Origin: Octopus sinensis
Taxonomy: Eukaryota
Direction of reading: 5' to 3'
DNA length: 64,000 nucleotides
Assembly: GCF_006345805.1 (NCBI RefSeq)
Contig: NC_043026.1
Span: 11,532,001 to 11,596,000, forward strand
Below, piece after piece: positions 1 to 11,238 of this stretch; within the stretch, counting starts at the first letter, position 1, and the number at the start of each line of letters is the position of its first letter. The notes beneath the pieces are model-generated. The model was not told where the DNA came from. It saw only the letters and a program-made list of their open reading frames with translations, and did no database searches. The position numbers were made by a program, and so were the translations under genes.

Positions 1-322
1 CTGTGTTGGTGGCATGTATCCCATAAAATGCCCCATCCGAATTGTGGCCGATGCCAGCGCCACCTCGACTGGCTTCCGTGTCGGTGACACGTAAAAAGCA
101 CCATCCGAAGCCAGTGCCGCTTCGACTGGCTTCCATAAAATGCACCAATCCGACCGTGGCTGATGCCAGCCTCGCCTGGCACCAGTGCAGGTGGCATGTA
201 AAAAGCACCCACTACACTCACGGAGTGGTTGGCGTTAGGAAGGGCATCCAGCTGTAGAAACGTTGAACCATCCAACCCATGCTAGCATGGAGAGAGGACG
301 TTAAACGATGATGGTGATGAAG
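1..322 (+). mobile_element. SINE-like family 3 (GAT-tailed) with internal tandem repeats, 5' end cut by the window
   Basis: AAGGGCATCCAGCTGTAGAAAC...CCATGCTAGCATGG...CGTTAAACGATGATG core recurs more than 10 times in the window; internal GTGGCCGATGCCAGC... repeats. Confidence 0.8.
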
Positions 323-639
323 ACAGTCAATGCTTAGTTATATAGAAAAACGATGTACTGAGGGGATACTATCATCCATAGCTGGCTGATTTAAAGAAAG
401 TACTGGCCCAAAGGAAGTATATTTCTGAGGGCCAACTCTTTTGACTATTCTTTCACGTTTTACATAAAAATAGTCATCCATTCCTTTATTAGTATACAAA
501 AAAATCAAGTCTGTACACACAATATGTTATAACAATATTAAAACAGTAGTTGCTCATGTCTGTAGTTCCCTCAAAAATAAGGCAGTGACAAGGGACACTA
601 TTCTAGGGGCAAATCAGTGTGCTAAAGGTTTATGTTACC

Positions 640-725
640 CTATCAGATCCAGGCTCAATTGATAACAATGTGAAGCAAGGAGACATACTTGCTCCTACTC
701 TTTTCTCCATCTATTTTGCTCTTGA
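640..725 (+). mobile_element. RTE-like LINE reverse transcriptase fragment
   Basis: Translates SIDNNVKQGDILAPTLFSIYFAL, resembling the GVKQG..LAPTLF RT motif. Confidence 0.6.
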
Positions 726-779
726 TGTTGGTTATGCTTTTTAACAATGTACCATTGCTATCCATCTAAGATTCTAAGA

Positions 780-845
780 GTCGAACCGTCCAACACATGC
801 TAGCATGGAGAACGGACGTTAAACGATGATGATGATGATTCTGAC
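780..845 (+). mobile_element. SINE family 3 3' tail
   Basis: CATGCTAGCATGGAGAACGGACGTTAAACGATGATGATG. Confidence 0.7.
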
Positions 846-859
846 TCGGATGATGATTT

Positions 860-1038
860 TAAAGGATTTGGTTTCTTCCCTGAGTGACTATGTTTGTGAG
901 AGATCAAATCACTATTTTGAGAGGATTATTTACCAAAGATATCACAATAAAATGGTTTCCTCCTGCATGAATATGCTCATATACGGTTATCTTAGTTCCA
1001 TGAGAAGATGATATACTGCAGATATCACATCAGCATGG
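860..1038 (-). pseudogene. Decayed C2H2 finger repeats 3' of ZNF-A
   Basis: Minus strand keeps TGTGATATCTG/AAACCATT finger-like sequence with stops. Confidence 0.6.
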
Positions 1039-2061
1039 TTACTTTCTTGTGTGAATACGATTGTGTTTAGTCAAGTTACTTCTTACGGAGAACGATTTGT
1101 CACAGATATCACAGTGATAAGGTTTCTCTCCTGTATGACTTCGTTTGTGTCTTGTTAAGTGTCCATTTCGAGTGAATAATTTACCACAGATATCACACTG
1201 ATATGGTTTCTCCCCTCTATGAAAACATTTGTGTGCAGTTAATTGACTTTTCTGAGAGAATGAATTACCACAGACATCACAGTGATGTGGCCTCTCCCCT
1301 TCATGAATACGTTTGTGCGAAGTCAATTCCCCATTCTGAGAGAACGATTTACCACAGATATTGCAATGATATGGTTTTTCTCCTGTATGAATACGCTTGT
1401 GTACACCTACATTATTTCCATGAGAGAACGATTTGCCACAGATATCGCATTGATATGGCTTCTCTCCAGTATGGACACGTTTGTGCTGAGTTAAGTGAGA
1501 ATTTCGAGAGAATGATTTACCACAGATTTCACAGTGATGTGGCTTCTCTCCTGTGTGAATAAGTTTGTGTCTGGTTAAATCACCACGTTGAGAGAATGAT
1601 TTCTCACAGACTTCGCAATGATATGGCTTCTCTCCTGTGTGAGTACGTACATGGTTAGTCACATGTTCTTTTAGGGGAAATGATTTGCCACAGATATCAC
1701 AGGAATATGGCTTTTCTCCTGTATGAATTCGTTTGTGCTGAGTTAAACGAATCTTTCGAGAAAAAGATTTACCACATATGTCACAAAAATATGGTTTAAC
1801 TCCTGTGTGAATACGTTTGTGTTGGTTTAAGGAACCTCTTCCAGAGAATGATTTACTACAGATCTCACAGTGATATGTTCTTTTTCCTGAGTGAATATGT
1901 TTGTGCCTAGTTAAGTTACAATTTTTAGAGAATGATTTACCACAAATTTCACAGTGGAGTGATGTGTTCCCTTCCTCATTATTCATGTCACTAGGCAAAT
2001 CAATACTTTCAATCTGTAATTTAGACTTAAACTTATTCTCACATAATTCATCTTCCATCAT
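1039..2061 (-). CDS. ZNF-A: C2H2 zinc-finger protein, 11 fingers, no effector domain
   Basis: 340-aa ORF with C-x2-C-x12-H-x3-H repeats and TGEKPY linkers; Met conserved in paralogs (MNNEEG) at 1986. Confidence 0.9.
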   Translation of the reverse strand: MMEDELCENKFKSKLQIESIDLPSDMNNEEGNTSLHCEICGKSFSKNCNLTRHKHIHSGKRTYHCEICSKSFSGRGSLNQHKRIHTGVKPYFCDICGKSFSRKIRLTQHKRIHTGEKPYSCDICGKSFPLKEHVTNHVRTHTGEKPYHCEVCEKSFSQRGDLTRHKLIHTGEKPHHCEICGKSFSRNSHLTQHKRVHTGEKPYQCDICGKSFSHGNNVGVHKRIHTGEKPYHCNICGKSFSQNGELTSHKRIHEGERPHHCDVCGNSFSQKSQLTAHKCFHRGEKPYQCDICGKLFTRNGHLTRHKRSHTGEKPYHCDICDKSFSVRSNLTKHNRIHTRK

Positions 2062-2474
2062 TGTTCTTTCCTCACAATTTCCAGATGTTGATATATTTTC
2101 GTCCTAATAAATATTTATACTACTGTGATCCTTGTTGATACATGATTTGGGTTGCAAACTCCTTTATAAATCCATCCAAGTTTAATTCAGATGCAAACTT
2201 ATCTTGTACATATTCCAGACAGTCAAGAAGACAATTATTGTTTTGAATTTCAGTTCAAAAAAAATATTTACCAGTAATTTGCCACAGATTTATATAAGGA
2301 GAGTTATATCTGTTCTGTATAAGATTCATTTTCAGTCTTTAAAAGATAATAAATATTGACGATGTATCAGATGTACTCAATTCTGTGATGCCAATGTCAT
2401 TTGTCATTCTGAAATAGTAAAGAAAAAACAGTATAAGATATAAAGGATACTTAAAATACATAGTTGAGATTTTG

Positions 2475-2651
2475 CTCTTTAACTTGTTTCAGTCATTTGA
2501 CTGTAGCCATGCTGGAGCCACAGCCTTTATTCGAGCAAATCGACACCAGGACTAATTCTTTGTAAGCCTAGTACTTATTCTATCGGTCTCTTTTGCCGAA
2601 CCACTATGTTACGAGGACGTAAACATACCAGCATCGGTTGTCAAGCGATGG
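2475..2651 (-). mobile_element. SINE family 1 3' half
   Basis: Reverse complement of ...CCAGCATGGC..CAGTCAAATGACTGAAACAAG tail. Confidence 0.75.
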
Positions 2652-2790
2652 TAGGTTCATCTGGGACTCTCGACAGGAAGAGATCCAGTTTTGATTTGAA
2701 AACATCTACATATACTTTGTGTAGGTCCCTCGGGCTCATTGGGAGAATATTAAAAAGCTGTGGGCCCCCTGAAACCCAGGCTATTGCAGT
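2652..2790 (-). mobile_element. Short fragment of the CR1/L2-like LINE seen at 50 kb
   Basis: GGTTCATCTGGGAC...ACAGGAAGAGATCCAG matches about 50128-50257. Confidence 0.7.
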
Positions 2791-2817
2791 AGAACAAAAT
2801 ACTGTGGAATGGCCCAA

Positions 2818-3215
2818 TATATTTATTTCTTTATTGCATACAGGGGGCTAAACAAGAACAAAGGGACTGAGTCGATTACATCGACCTCAGTGCGTAACTG
2901 GTACTTATTTAATCGACCCCGAAAGGATGAAAGGCAAAGTCGACCTCGGCGGAATTTGGACGTAACGGCAGACGAAATACCTATTTTTTTACTACCCACA
3001 AGGGGCTAAACACAGAGGGGACAAACAAGGACAGACAAAGGTATTAAGTCGATTATATCGACCGCAGTGCGTAACTGGTACTTATTTAATCGACCCCGAA
3101 AGGATGAAAGGCAAAGTCGACCTCGGCGGAATTTGAACTCAGAACGTAGCGGCAGACGAAATACCGCTAGGCATTTCGCCCGGCGTGCTAACGATTCTGC
3201 CAGCTAGCCGCCCTG
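2818..3215 (-). mobile_element. SINE family 2, head-to-tail dimer
   Basis: tRNA-like head with GAGTTCAAAT B-box; body GGTCGACTTTGCCTTTCATCCTTTCGGGGTCGAT; junction GACGAAATAC|CTATT at 2980. Confidence 0.8.
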
Positions 3216-3369
3216 AATGGCCCAATATATATATTTATCTCTTCCGATCTCTTAATCCAGAGGTGTCACCCAAAACGGTTTTCATATTACACAAAGATCT
3301 TTGACATTCCAAATGTTGACCATGTGATAAGCATTATTAAACACGAAAATATCTTTTCAAAAAATGAAA

Positions 3370-3651
3370 GGCGATCTTTCGTCTCTAGTAGACCTTTCCG
3401 TCGATTTCCGTAAAAAAAAATTTTTTTTTTTACATATGGGCTTGCGGGAACTTTTGAAGTAATGAGAGCGAAAGAGACTAAGAAAAAGCGATTGTATGAC
3501 GAGGGAAGTTCTTTTGAAGTTACCCTGCATGGGAAGCATTGATGTACATGTGTGTGTGTGAACTTCAAAAGTTCCCGCAAGCCCATATGTAAAAAAAAAA
3601 ATGTTTTTTACGGAAATCGACGGAAAGGTCTACTAGAGACGAAAGATCGCC
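3370..3651. mobile_element. MITE with long GGCGATC... TIRs and 8-bp TSD (Merlin/hAT-like)
   Basis: About 90-bp TIRs GGCGATCTTTCGTCTCTAGTAGACC.../...GAAAGATCGCC; flanks AAATGAAA on both sides. Confidence 0.8.
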
Positions 3652-3906
3652 AAATGAAAACAAAACTATGATCGGTGGAATAACCTATAAACCATAATAT
3701 GTAGAGAATAGAATTAATATCAATATTTGACGAGCAGCATCAAACGGTTTTACATTACCCATGTCCAATTACTTAACTAAAATACCTGTATTATTATATC
3801 TTACCTGTCATGCTACATAAATCTGCATTTATAGTGAAATATCTTTAATTACACCAAATACTTCCTTCTTGGCGCCAAAGCCCCCAAGTAAACTTTGACA
3901 AAAGAA

Positions 3907-3928
3907 ATTATAAAACTAGACTCGGAAA
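3907..3928 (-). promoter_or_regulatory. Conserved upstream motif of ZNF-A
   Basis: Minus TTTCCGAGTCTAGTTTTATAAT about 100 bp 5' of the donor, as in 6 paralogs. Confidence 0.5.
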
Positions 3929-4372
3929 TATAAACGATGAAATGTAATTAGTTTCTGTTAACACGCACCTAGATTTTAAAAAAATATAAGTATTATTTCT
4001 AAATACTTTATTTAAGATATAAAAACAGTCATTGCATTGTTAAATGTTCTGGTGCTGTCTTTCGATAAAGGTAGATGAAAAAAAACGAAAGAATTTATTC
4101 AGTAATTTCCGAAAAATATTTATTTCTTTAATTTTTATTCTATGTGAATCGTTTCGTTTCAAGTCGTATTGGAAATTCTAGTTCCATTTGAATGACTCCA
4201 TGAAATACATAGATTAATTGCAGTAAATATTGAGAGGAGATAGGAAACATAAACTGTAATTTTATGGAGAAATACGAACAAGTATTTTGGCCAGCAGTGG
4301 GAAAGTTATAGCTGTTTTCGTTGACTGATTGTTAAATATAACTAGTATGTAACCTTCGCTATAGTTAGTGTA

Positions 4373-4505
4373 AAGGCGCATGGGTCTGTGGTTACAGAAT
4401 TGGACTTACAGATGTAAGGTAGACCACCAGACCGAATTGTTGTGCTGTGTTCTTGAGCAAGACATTTCGTTTTAGGTTCACTCAGCTGTGGAAATGAGTT
4501 GCGAT
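4373..4505 (+). mobile_element. Degenerate tRNA-derived SINE
   Basis: GGCGCATGG...GTGGTTA head, CTTGAGCAAGACA core-like block, CACTCAGCTGTGGAAATGAGT. Confidence 0.45.
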
Positions 4506-4632
4506 GTCACTGTTGTATAGTCCCTTGGTGACATGCAAGGGATTTTTTTCTTCTGCCAGGCATCAGGCAAAAGAGCAATGCTTTTTGACTAAGTGATAAG
4601 AGGAATTGAATTGAATTTTATCATCATCCTTT

Positions 4633-4866
4633 ACCTATTTCTTTATTACCCACAAGGGACTAAACACAGAGAAGACAAACAAGGACAGACAAACGGATTA
4701 AGTCGATTATATCGACCCCAGTGCGTAACTGGTACTTAATTTATCGACCCCGAAAGGATGAAAGGCAAAGTCGACCTCGGCGGAATTTGAACTCAGAACG
4801 TAGCGGCAGACGAAATACTGCTAAGCATTTCACCCAGCGCGCTAACGATTCTGCCAGCTCGCCGCC
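4633..4866 (-). mobile_element. SINE family 2
   Basis: Full-length match to the other family 2 copies. Confidence 0.8.
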
Positions 4867-4867
4867 T

Positions 4868-5010
4868 TATCATCATCCGTTTGCCATGCTGGCATGGGTT
4901 GGACACTTTGATCAGAGCTGAAGGGCTGCACCAGGTTCCGATCTGCTTTGGCTTAGTTTCCACAGCTGGATGTCCTTCCTAGTACCAACCACTTTACAGT
5001 GTGCGCTGGA
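4868..5010 (-). mobile_element. SINE family 3 partial
   Basis: CATCATCCGTTT...GCTGGCATGGGTTGGAC...CAGCTGGATGTCCTTCCTAG. Confidence 0.65.
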
Positions 5011-5038
5011 TGCACACACGGTATTCATAATATTTATA

Positions 5039-5420
5039 AGGCGGCGAGCTGGCAGAATCGTTAGCACGCCGGGCAAAATGCTTTGCGGTATTTCGTCTGC
5101 CGTTACGATGCCAGTTCAAATTCCGCCGAAGTCGACTTTACCTTTCATCCTTTCGGGGTCGATAAATTAAGTACCAGTTACGCACTGGGATCGATGTAAT
5201 CGACATAATACCTATGTCTGTCCTTGTTTGTCCCCTGTATGTTTAGCCCCTTGTGGGCAGTAAAGAAATAGGTATTTCGTCTGTCGTTACGTTGTCAGTT
5301 CAAATTCCGCCGAGGTCAACTTTACCTTTCATCCTTTCGGGGTCGATAAATTAAGTACCAGTTACGCACTGGGGTCGATGTAATCGACTTAATACCTATG
5401 TCTGTCCTTGTTTAGCCCCT
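5039..5420 (+). mobile_element. SINE family 2, head-to-tail dimer
   Basis: Junction GAAATAGGTATTTCGTCTG at about 5270. Confidence 0.8.
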
Positions 5421-5716
5421 CGAATTTGGTCAGGCTTAACATAGGATTTTTTTGCCTACTATCTGCTTTTTTTAACTAAGTGACGAACGAAAAATACTCT
5501 GCTGACAGTTGCTGTTGACAAACAACGGCAGTAATTTTATTCAGCTGTATACACGTCATTGATTAGTTGAAATTACCGAAATAGGACTACTTTAACGTGA
5601 AATTACTTCGTAAATATAAATTTTTCTCAAAAATGCCAAGATCAAAAGATGATTTATATGACACATTCTACCAGTCTCCGAAGTTTGAAAGTGTCAGTTG
5701 CAAAAAAGTAGACCTG

Positions 5717-6270
5717 GGTACTACTAGCGAAGATTGGAGCCGGTGCGCGCACACGCGCAGTCGCGCGTCCGCGCTAGCTAGCCGTAAGTAGGCGATCCTA
5801 CGACTTGCGCGTATGCAAATGAGTTGATTGGCAAATGAGTTGATTTTACAGAATAAAATAAAATAAGTTTTTTAAAGAAAGTAAATAAATTATGTGTGTA
5901 TATGTGTGTGTATATATGTGTGTATATATATATGTGTGTATATATGTGTGTAGATATATGTGTGTATATACATGTGTGTGTATGTGAGTATATATATGTG
6001 TGTGTATATGTGAGTATATATATGTGTGTATGTATGTGTGCGTGTGTGTATGTATATATGTATGTGTGTATGTATATATATGTTTATTTTCACTAACCCC
6101 CACCACCCTTGTCTTGATCATTAATTAGATCCATTGGTTGTCTTCCAACCTACAACACAACTCATTTGCATACGCGCAAGTCGTTGTAGGATCGACTACT
6201 CACGACTAGCTAGCGCGGACGCGCGACTGCGCGTGTGCGCGCACCGGGTCCAGTTTTCGCTAGTAAGTAC
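5717..6270. mobile_element. Non-autonomous TIR element with 9-bp TSD (Mutator-like)
   Basis: About 110-bp CpG-rich TIRs; GTAGACCTG at 5708-5716 and 6271-6279; partial copy near 55420-55495. Confidence 0.7.
5892..6085. repeat. Imperfect (TA/TG)n microsatellite
   Basis: Direct inspection. Confidence 0.9.
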
Positions 6271-6684
6271 GTAGACCTGTTAGATCGTACGGCAGCAGAG
6301 AACACGTGGACGTTGTGAGTGACTTCTTCCAGAACACAGACGTTATGTCGGCAGGCGAAGCACGTAGAAGTTAGCGATCCTTTCCAGATAGACAGGTAAT
6401 AACCACCGTAATTCTTCCTCTATTTCTGTCTTTCCTTTCTTCACATCACAAACAGATAACAGTAATATTAAATGATTAATATGCACATGATATTTCACAC
6501 GATATAACAAAAAAAATCGGTGTGAGCTAAAATCATTGGCCAATAACTAGATCGATATTTTATTCTTCAGAATCACTGAAATTAAACTTTTTAAAATTCC
6601 ACTATATTTAAAAATGACTATATGTCTAAAGTTATTATACCTATATAGTTTTCTAGGTGCTTATTAAATGCATTTCGTCATTTG

Positions 6685-6705
6685 TTTCCGAGTCTGTTTT
6701 TATAA
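6685..6705 (+). promoter_or_regulatory. Conserved upstream motif of ZNF-B
   Basis: TTTCCGAGTCTGTTTTTATAA; the homologous donor at 6800 is mutated (GCAA|TTAAG). Confidence 0.45.
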
Positions 6706-7008
6706 CTTCTGTTGTAAAAGTTTACTTCGAGTTTATTGGCGCCTTGGGACAATTATCCAAGATATTTCACTAAAAGCACTGACTTGTGTAGCAGGGCAAT
6801 TAAGTTATAATAATACAGATATTTTAGCAAATTTCGCTGTACATGAGTTATGTAAAACCGTTTTAATGTTGCTATGCACATACACATTGATATATATATT
6901 CTTTTCACCACTTTCTTTGAAATCAATGATTTAGACGTAACAACACGTGTGTAGTTACTACACTTGTGTAGACTGGATATCTCCATATATAACGTTCAAC
7001 AAATACCT

Positions 7009-7228
7009 ATTTCTTTACTGCCCACAAGGGGCTAAACACAGAGGGGACAAACAAGGACAGACAGACGGATTAAGTCGATTACATCGACCCCAGTGCGTAA
7101 CTGGTACTTAATTTATCGACCCCGAAAGGATGAAAGGCAAAGTCGACCTCGGCGGAATTTGAACTCAGAACGTAACGGCAGTCGAAATACGGCGTGCTAA
7201 CGTTTCTAACGTTTCTGCCAGCTCGCCT
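7009..7228 (-). mobile_element. SINE family 2 with 14-bp TSD
   Basis: TTCAACAAATACCT at 6995-7008 and 7229-7242. Confidence 0.8.
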
Positions 7229-7677
7229 TTCAACAAATACCTTTCAGATGTACATTTTGATTTTCTTGGAATTTGATAGGTGAGCAAAAAATAACGGTGT
7301 CGATAATTCGGGGCTAATGCAGAATTGCACCTCTCTTTGAAAAATGCATTAAAAAACATTTTTTTTTTTTGGATTCCTACGTTTTAGATGTTCGAGATTA
7401 CGAATATGCGAAATAACACTTTTTTTTTTAAATTTCATCTCCTCCCCAACCCCAGTGTGAAATTTTGATTTTGTCTACTTAAAAGAGATTGTAGTGAATT
7501 GACGAACATATGCAAATATAGACGAAAATATTAAAGTGAAATAATTAGCGTTTTACTAGTTTACCTTAGATAATCGTAAATAATAATTGAATGTAAATTA
7601 AATATACATAATTTTATGAGAAACAAGGTTTAATAATTAGGCGGATCGCCTAATTTTAATGTTATAAAGTTTAATAG

Positions 7678-7738
7678 TGGAGGCGCAATGGCCCAGTGGC
7701 TAGGGCAGCGAACTCGCGGTCATAGGATTGCGGTTTCA
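7678..7738 (+). mobile_element. tRNA-like SINE head (body resumes at 8331)
   Basis: GGCGCAATGGCCCAGTGGCTAGGGCAGCGAACTCGCGGTC; same head as the 38985-39250 element. Confidence 0.6.
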
Positions 7739-7960
7739 ATCTGAAAGGTATTTGTTGAAAGACGAGCTGGCAGAAACGTTAGCACGCCGTATTTCGACTG
7801 CCGTTACGTTCTGAGTTCAAATTCCGCCGAGGTCGACTTTGCCTTTCATCCTTTCGGGGTCGATGAATTAAGTACCAGTTACGCACTGGGTCGATGTAAT
7901 CGACTTAATACCTATGTCTGTCCTTGTTTGGCCCCTTGTGGGTAGTAAAGAAATAGGTAT
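7739..7960 (+). mobile_element. SINE family 2, inverted copy of 7009-7249 including flank
   Basis: 7739-7760 is the reverse complement of 7228-7249; both copies share the same internal deletion. Confidence 0.7.
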
Positions 7961-8330
7961 TGAGAGGCGGTTGGATGGAACCTACACTCGCCTCCTTATG
8001 AGAGCTCAAAATCTCTCGTGGAGGCGCCATCCAACTAAAATGCAAATATATGGGAAATTACCACCTGTGTCATCTCTTGTGAAAGGTAGGAGAGTCCAGT
8101 TTGCTGGACATTGTTGTAGAGCTGAAAAAGAAGTAATTTCTACTCTTCTCCTCTGGAAGCCATCTACTCGTAACACCAGAGGGCGCACACTCTCCTACCC
8201 TGATGTAATCTCCAGGGATACAGGCATCCAGCAACAGGACCTCCGTAATGCTATGATGGACCGTGAAGTCTGGCGCAACATGGTAAATTCCATTGTCTCG
8301 ACCACGGTCGAACAATGATGATGATGATGA
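7961..8330 (+). mobile_element. RTE-like LINE 3' end (ORF2 C-terminus) with (GAT)n tail
   Basis: ORF 7914-8318: LDGTYTRLLMRAQNLSW...RRVQFAGHC...; GATGATGATG tail. Confidence 0.75.
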
Positions 8331-8640
8331 TGTGAGTGTTTATTGAGCGAAAACACCTAAAAGCTCCACGAGGCTCCGGCAGGGGATGGTGGTGATCCCT
8401 GCTGTACTCTTTCACCACAACTTTCTCTCACTCTTACTTCCTGTTTCTGTTGTACCTGTACTTCAAAGGGCCGGCCTTGTCACTCTCTGTGTCACGCTGA
8501 ATATCCCCGAGAACTACGTTAAGGGTACACGTGTCTGTGGAGTGCTCAGCCACTTGCACGTTAATTTCACGAGCCGGCTGTTCCATTGATTCGGATCAAC
8601 CGGAACTCTTGTCGTCGTAACCGACGGAGTGCTTCCACAA
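8331..8640 (+). mobile_element. SINE-like body continuing the 7678 head
   Basis: GTGTTTATTGAGCGAAAACACCTAAAAGCTCCAC..GCTCCGGCA is shared with the 39 kb element. Confidence 0.55.
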
Positions 8641-8904
8641 AGTTTAATAAGGGGTTCAAAGTTCACCCCTGATTGCCATGTCCTCATCCAGTACCATTGC
8701 TGCATATGAATATTTTGTTCGGTCTGAAGTTATTTTATGTTAAATTGTGCTTCTGCCTGTGCAAACCATAGCTCAGCCCTTTTCAGCCAGAATTGTGGTG
8801 ACCTTAGTGCTGTTGTGTGATCGCTTGCCATGTTTCTCGATGTGTGAAGCAAAAGTTGTTGTTCTTCTGTGGGGTAACAGGTTTTCGATTTAGTTTTGCT
8901 TGTG

Positions 8905-9366
8905 CAGGTGGCACGTAAAAAGCACCCACTACACTCATGGAGTGGTTGGCGTTAGGAAGGGCATCCAGCTGTAGAAACATTGCCAGATAAGACTGGAGCC
9001 TGGTGCAGCCCTATGGCTTCCCTGATCCCCGGTCAAACCGTCCAACCCATGCTAGCATGGAAAGCGGACGTTAAACGATGATGAAGGCGTTAGGAAGGGC
9101 ATCCAGCTGTAGAAACATTGCCAGATAAGACTGGAGCCTGGTGCAGCCCTCTGGCTTCCCTGATCCCCGGTCAAACCGTCCAACCCATGCTAGCATGGAA
9201 AGCGGACGTTAAACGATGATGAAGGCGTTAGGAAGGGCATCCAGCTGTAGAAACATTGCCAGATAAGACTGGAGCCTGGTGCAGCCCTCTGGCTTCCCTG
9301 ATCCCCGGTCAAACCGTCCAACCCATGCTAGCATGGAGAACGGACGTTAAACGATGATGATGATGA
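8905..9366 (+). mobile_element. SINE family 3 with 138-bp 3' segment in three tandem copies
   Basis: Units start at 8948, 9086 and 9224. Confidence 0.85.
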
Positions 9367-9720
9367 TACACACAAAAAAAAAACAAAAAAACACGAGGGC
9401 GACAGCTGTTGGTCAGCTCCTGCTTCATAGAAATCCTGCCTAACTGGAAGTTCATTTCACTGCAGACCAGCTCCCTGGCTAGCCTGCAACAAGGTTCCTG
9501 TCTACAGTTCGTCTCGTAAATTTTTGGATAATGCCCTGCAAGGCTTACTGTTGAAAGTTCAAGAGTGGCTCACCAAAATAAAGCTTTCTTTGAACCCATT
9601 GAAAGAATAATCTGTTTAGCATGGAAGATGAAGTCATACTAAATTAATCATATTTATGTTTTATATTTTAATATATTTAAATTTATTTACTATATTACAA
9701 TCATCATCATCATCATTATA

Positions 9721-9882
9721 GGCGCAGGAGTGGCTGTGTGGTAAGTATCTTGCTAACCAACCACATGGTTCCGGGTTCAGTCCCACTGCGTGGCATCTTG
9801 GGCAAGTGTCTTCTGCTATAGCCTCGGGCCAACCAATGCCTTGTGAGTGGATTTGGTAGACGGAAACTGAAAGAAGCCTGTC

Positions 9883-9972
<90 letters not shown>

Positions 9973-10030
9973 TTGTTCCTCTAGCATTGCTTGACAACTG
10001 ATGGTGGTGTGTTTATGTCCCCGTCACTTA
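9721..10030 (+). mobile_element. SINE family 1 (tRNA head + CORE-like domain + internal (TA)n(TG)n)
   Basis: A-box TGGCTGTGTGGTAAG, B-box GGTTCAGTCC, CORE-like CTTGGGCAAGT. Confidence 0.85.
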
Positions 10031-10251
10031 GACCCCAGTTGAACCGTCCAACCCATGCTAGCATGGTAAGCGTACGCTAAACGATGATGATGATGATACT
10101 GCTCAAAATATGAATTTCGCATCCCTCTCAGCTAGTTCACTATGCTCCTTGTATTCAACATACATGTGTGTGTGTGTGTATATATAAGTGCCACTGCACA
10201 AAATTCTCATTCTGTTGCTTTTGCCAAATATTAATAAAAATATACATATTA

Positions 10252-10597
10252 CTCTTTTACTTGTTTCAGTCATTTGACTGGCCATGCTGGAGAACCGCCT
10301 TTAATCGAGCAACTCAACCCCGGGACTTATTCTTTGCCGAACCGCTAAGTGATGGGGACATAAACACACCGGCATCGGTGTGGACAAACATACACGCACA
10401 TATATATATATATATACATACATACATATATACGACGGGCTTCTTTCAGTTTCCATCTACCAAATCCACTCACAAGGCTTTGGTCGGCCCGAGGCAATAG
10501 CAGAAGACACTTGCCCAAGAAGCCACGCAGTGGGACTGAACCCGGAAGCACGTGGTTGGTTAACAAGCTACTTACCACACAGCCACTCCTGCACCTA
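10252..10597 (-). mobile_element. SINE family 1
   Basis: Reverse-complement match to the family. Confidence 0.85.
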
Positions 10598-10869
10598 TAT
10601 ATGTTCATATTTTGTGTTCTATATTTTTGTATTTGCACCAACGTATCTGTATATATATGTATATATGTGTGTGTGTGTGTGTAGATACAAATATATACAA
10701 CAGGCTTCTACACAAATGTCATCTGTGTTGAAATTCACTTTCAAGACTGGTTCGCCTAGGATTATAATAGAAGACACATGGCCAAAGTACCACATGTTGG
10801 AATTGAACCTCAAACCACAAGTATCTTCACCACACATCCATGCCTATTCTATACATACATCTATTCTAT

Positions 10870-11238
10870 AGGCTGTGTGGTAAGTAGCTTGCTAACCAAC
10901 CACATGGTTTTGGGTTCAGTCCCACTGCGTCGCATCTTGGGCAAGTGTCTTCTGCTATAGCCCCAGGCCGACCAGTGCCTTGTGAGTGGATTTGGTAGAT
11001 AGAAACTGAAAGAAGCCTGTCGTATATATATATATATGTGTGTGTGTGTTTGTTCCTCTAGCATTGCTTGACAACTGATGCTGGTGTGTTTACGTCCTCT
11101 GTAACTTAGCGGTTCGGCAATAGAGACCGATAGAATAAGTACTGGGCTTACAAAGAATAAGCCCTGGGGTCGATTTGCTCGACTAAAAGGTGGTGCTCCA
11201 GCATGGCCGCAGTCAAATGACTGAAACAAGTAAAAGAA
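10870..11238 (+). mobile_element. SINE family 1
   Basis: Match to the family including tail. Confidence 0.85.

Larger units (their letters stand above)
2409..3804 (-). other. Predicted 5'UTR intron of ZNF-A
   Basis: Minus-strand CAG|GTAAG donor at 3805/3804 and pyrimidine tract + TTTCAG acceptor at 2409, both conserved in paralogs. Confidence 0.65.

Noticed and set aside
5846-6121. His/Thr/Tyr/Ile- or Val/Cys/Tyr-rich ORFs
   Set aside because: Stop-poor (TA/TG)n microsatellite.
9716-9997. Recurrent short ORFs such as MSSNARGTNT..., MTTDAGVFMS... and MRNWYL...
   Set aside because: Translations of SINE copies and microsatellites.
9721-11238. Inverted SINE pairs in introns as a special dsRNA/editing system
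   Set aside because: Real but expected at this SINE density; nothing specific distinguishes them without RNA data.
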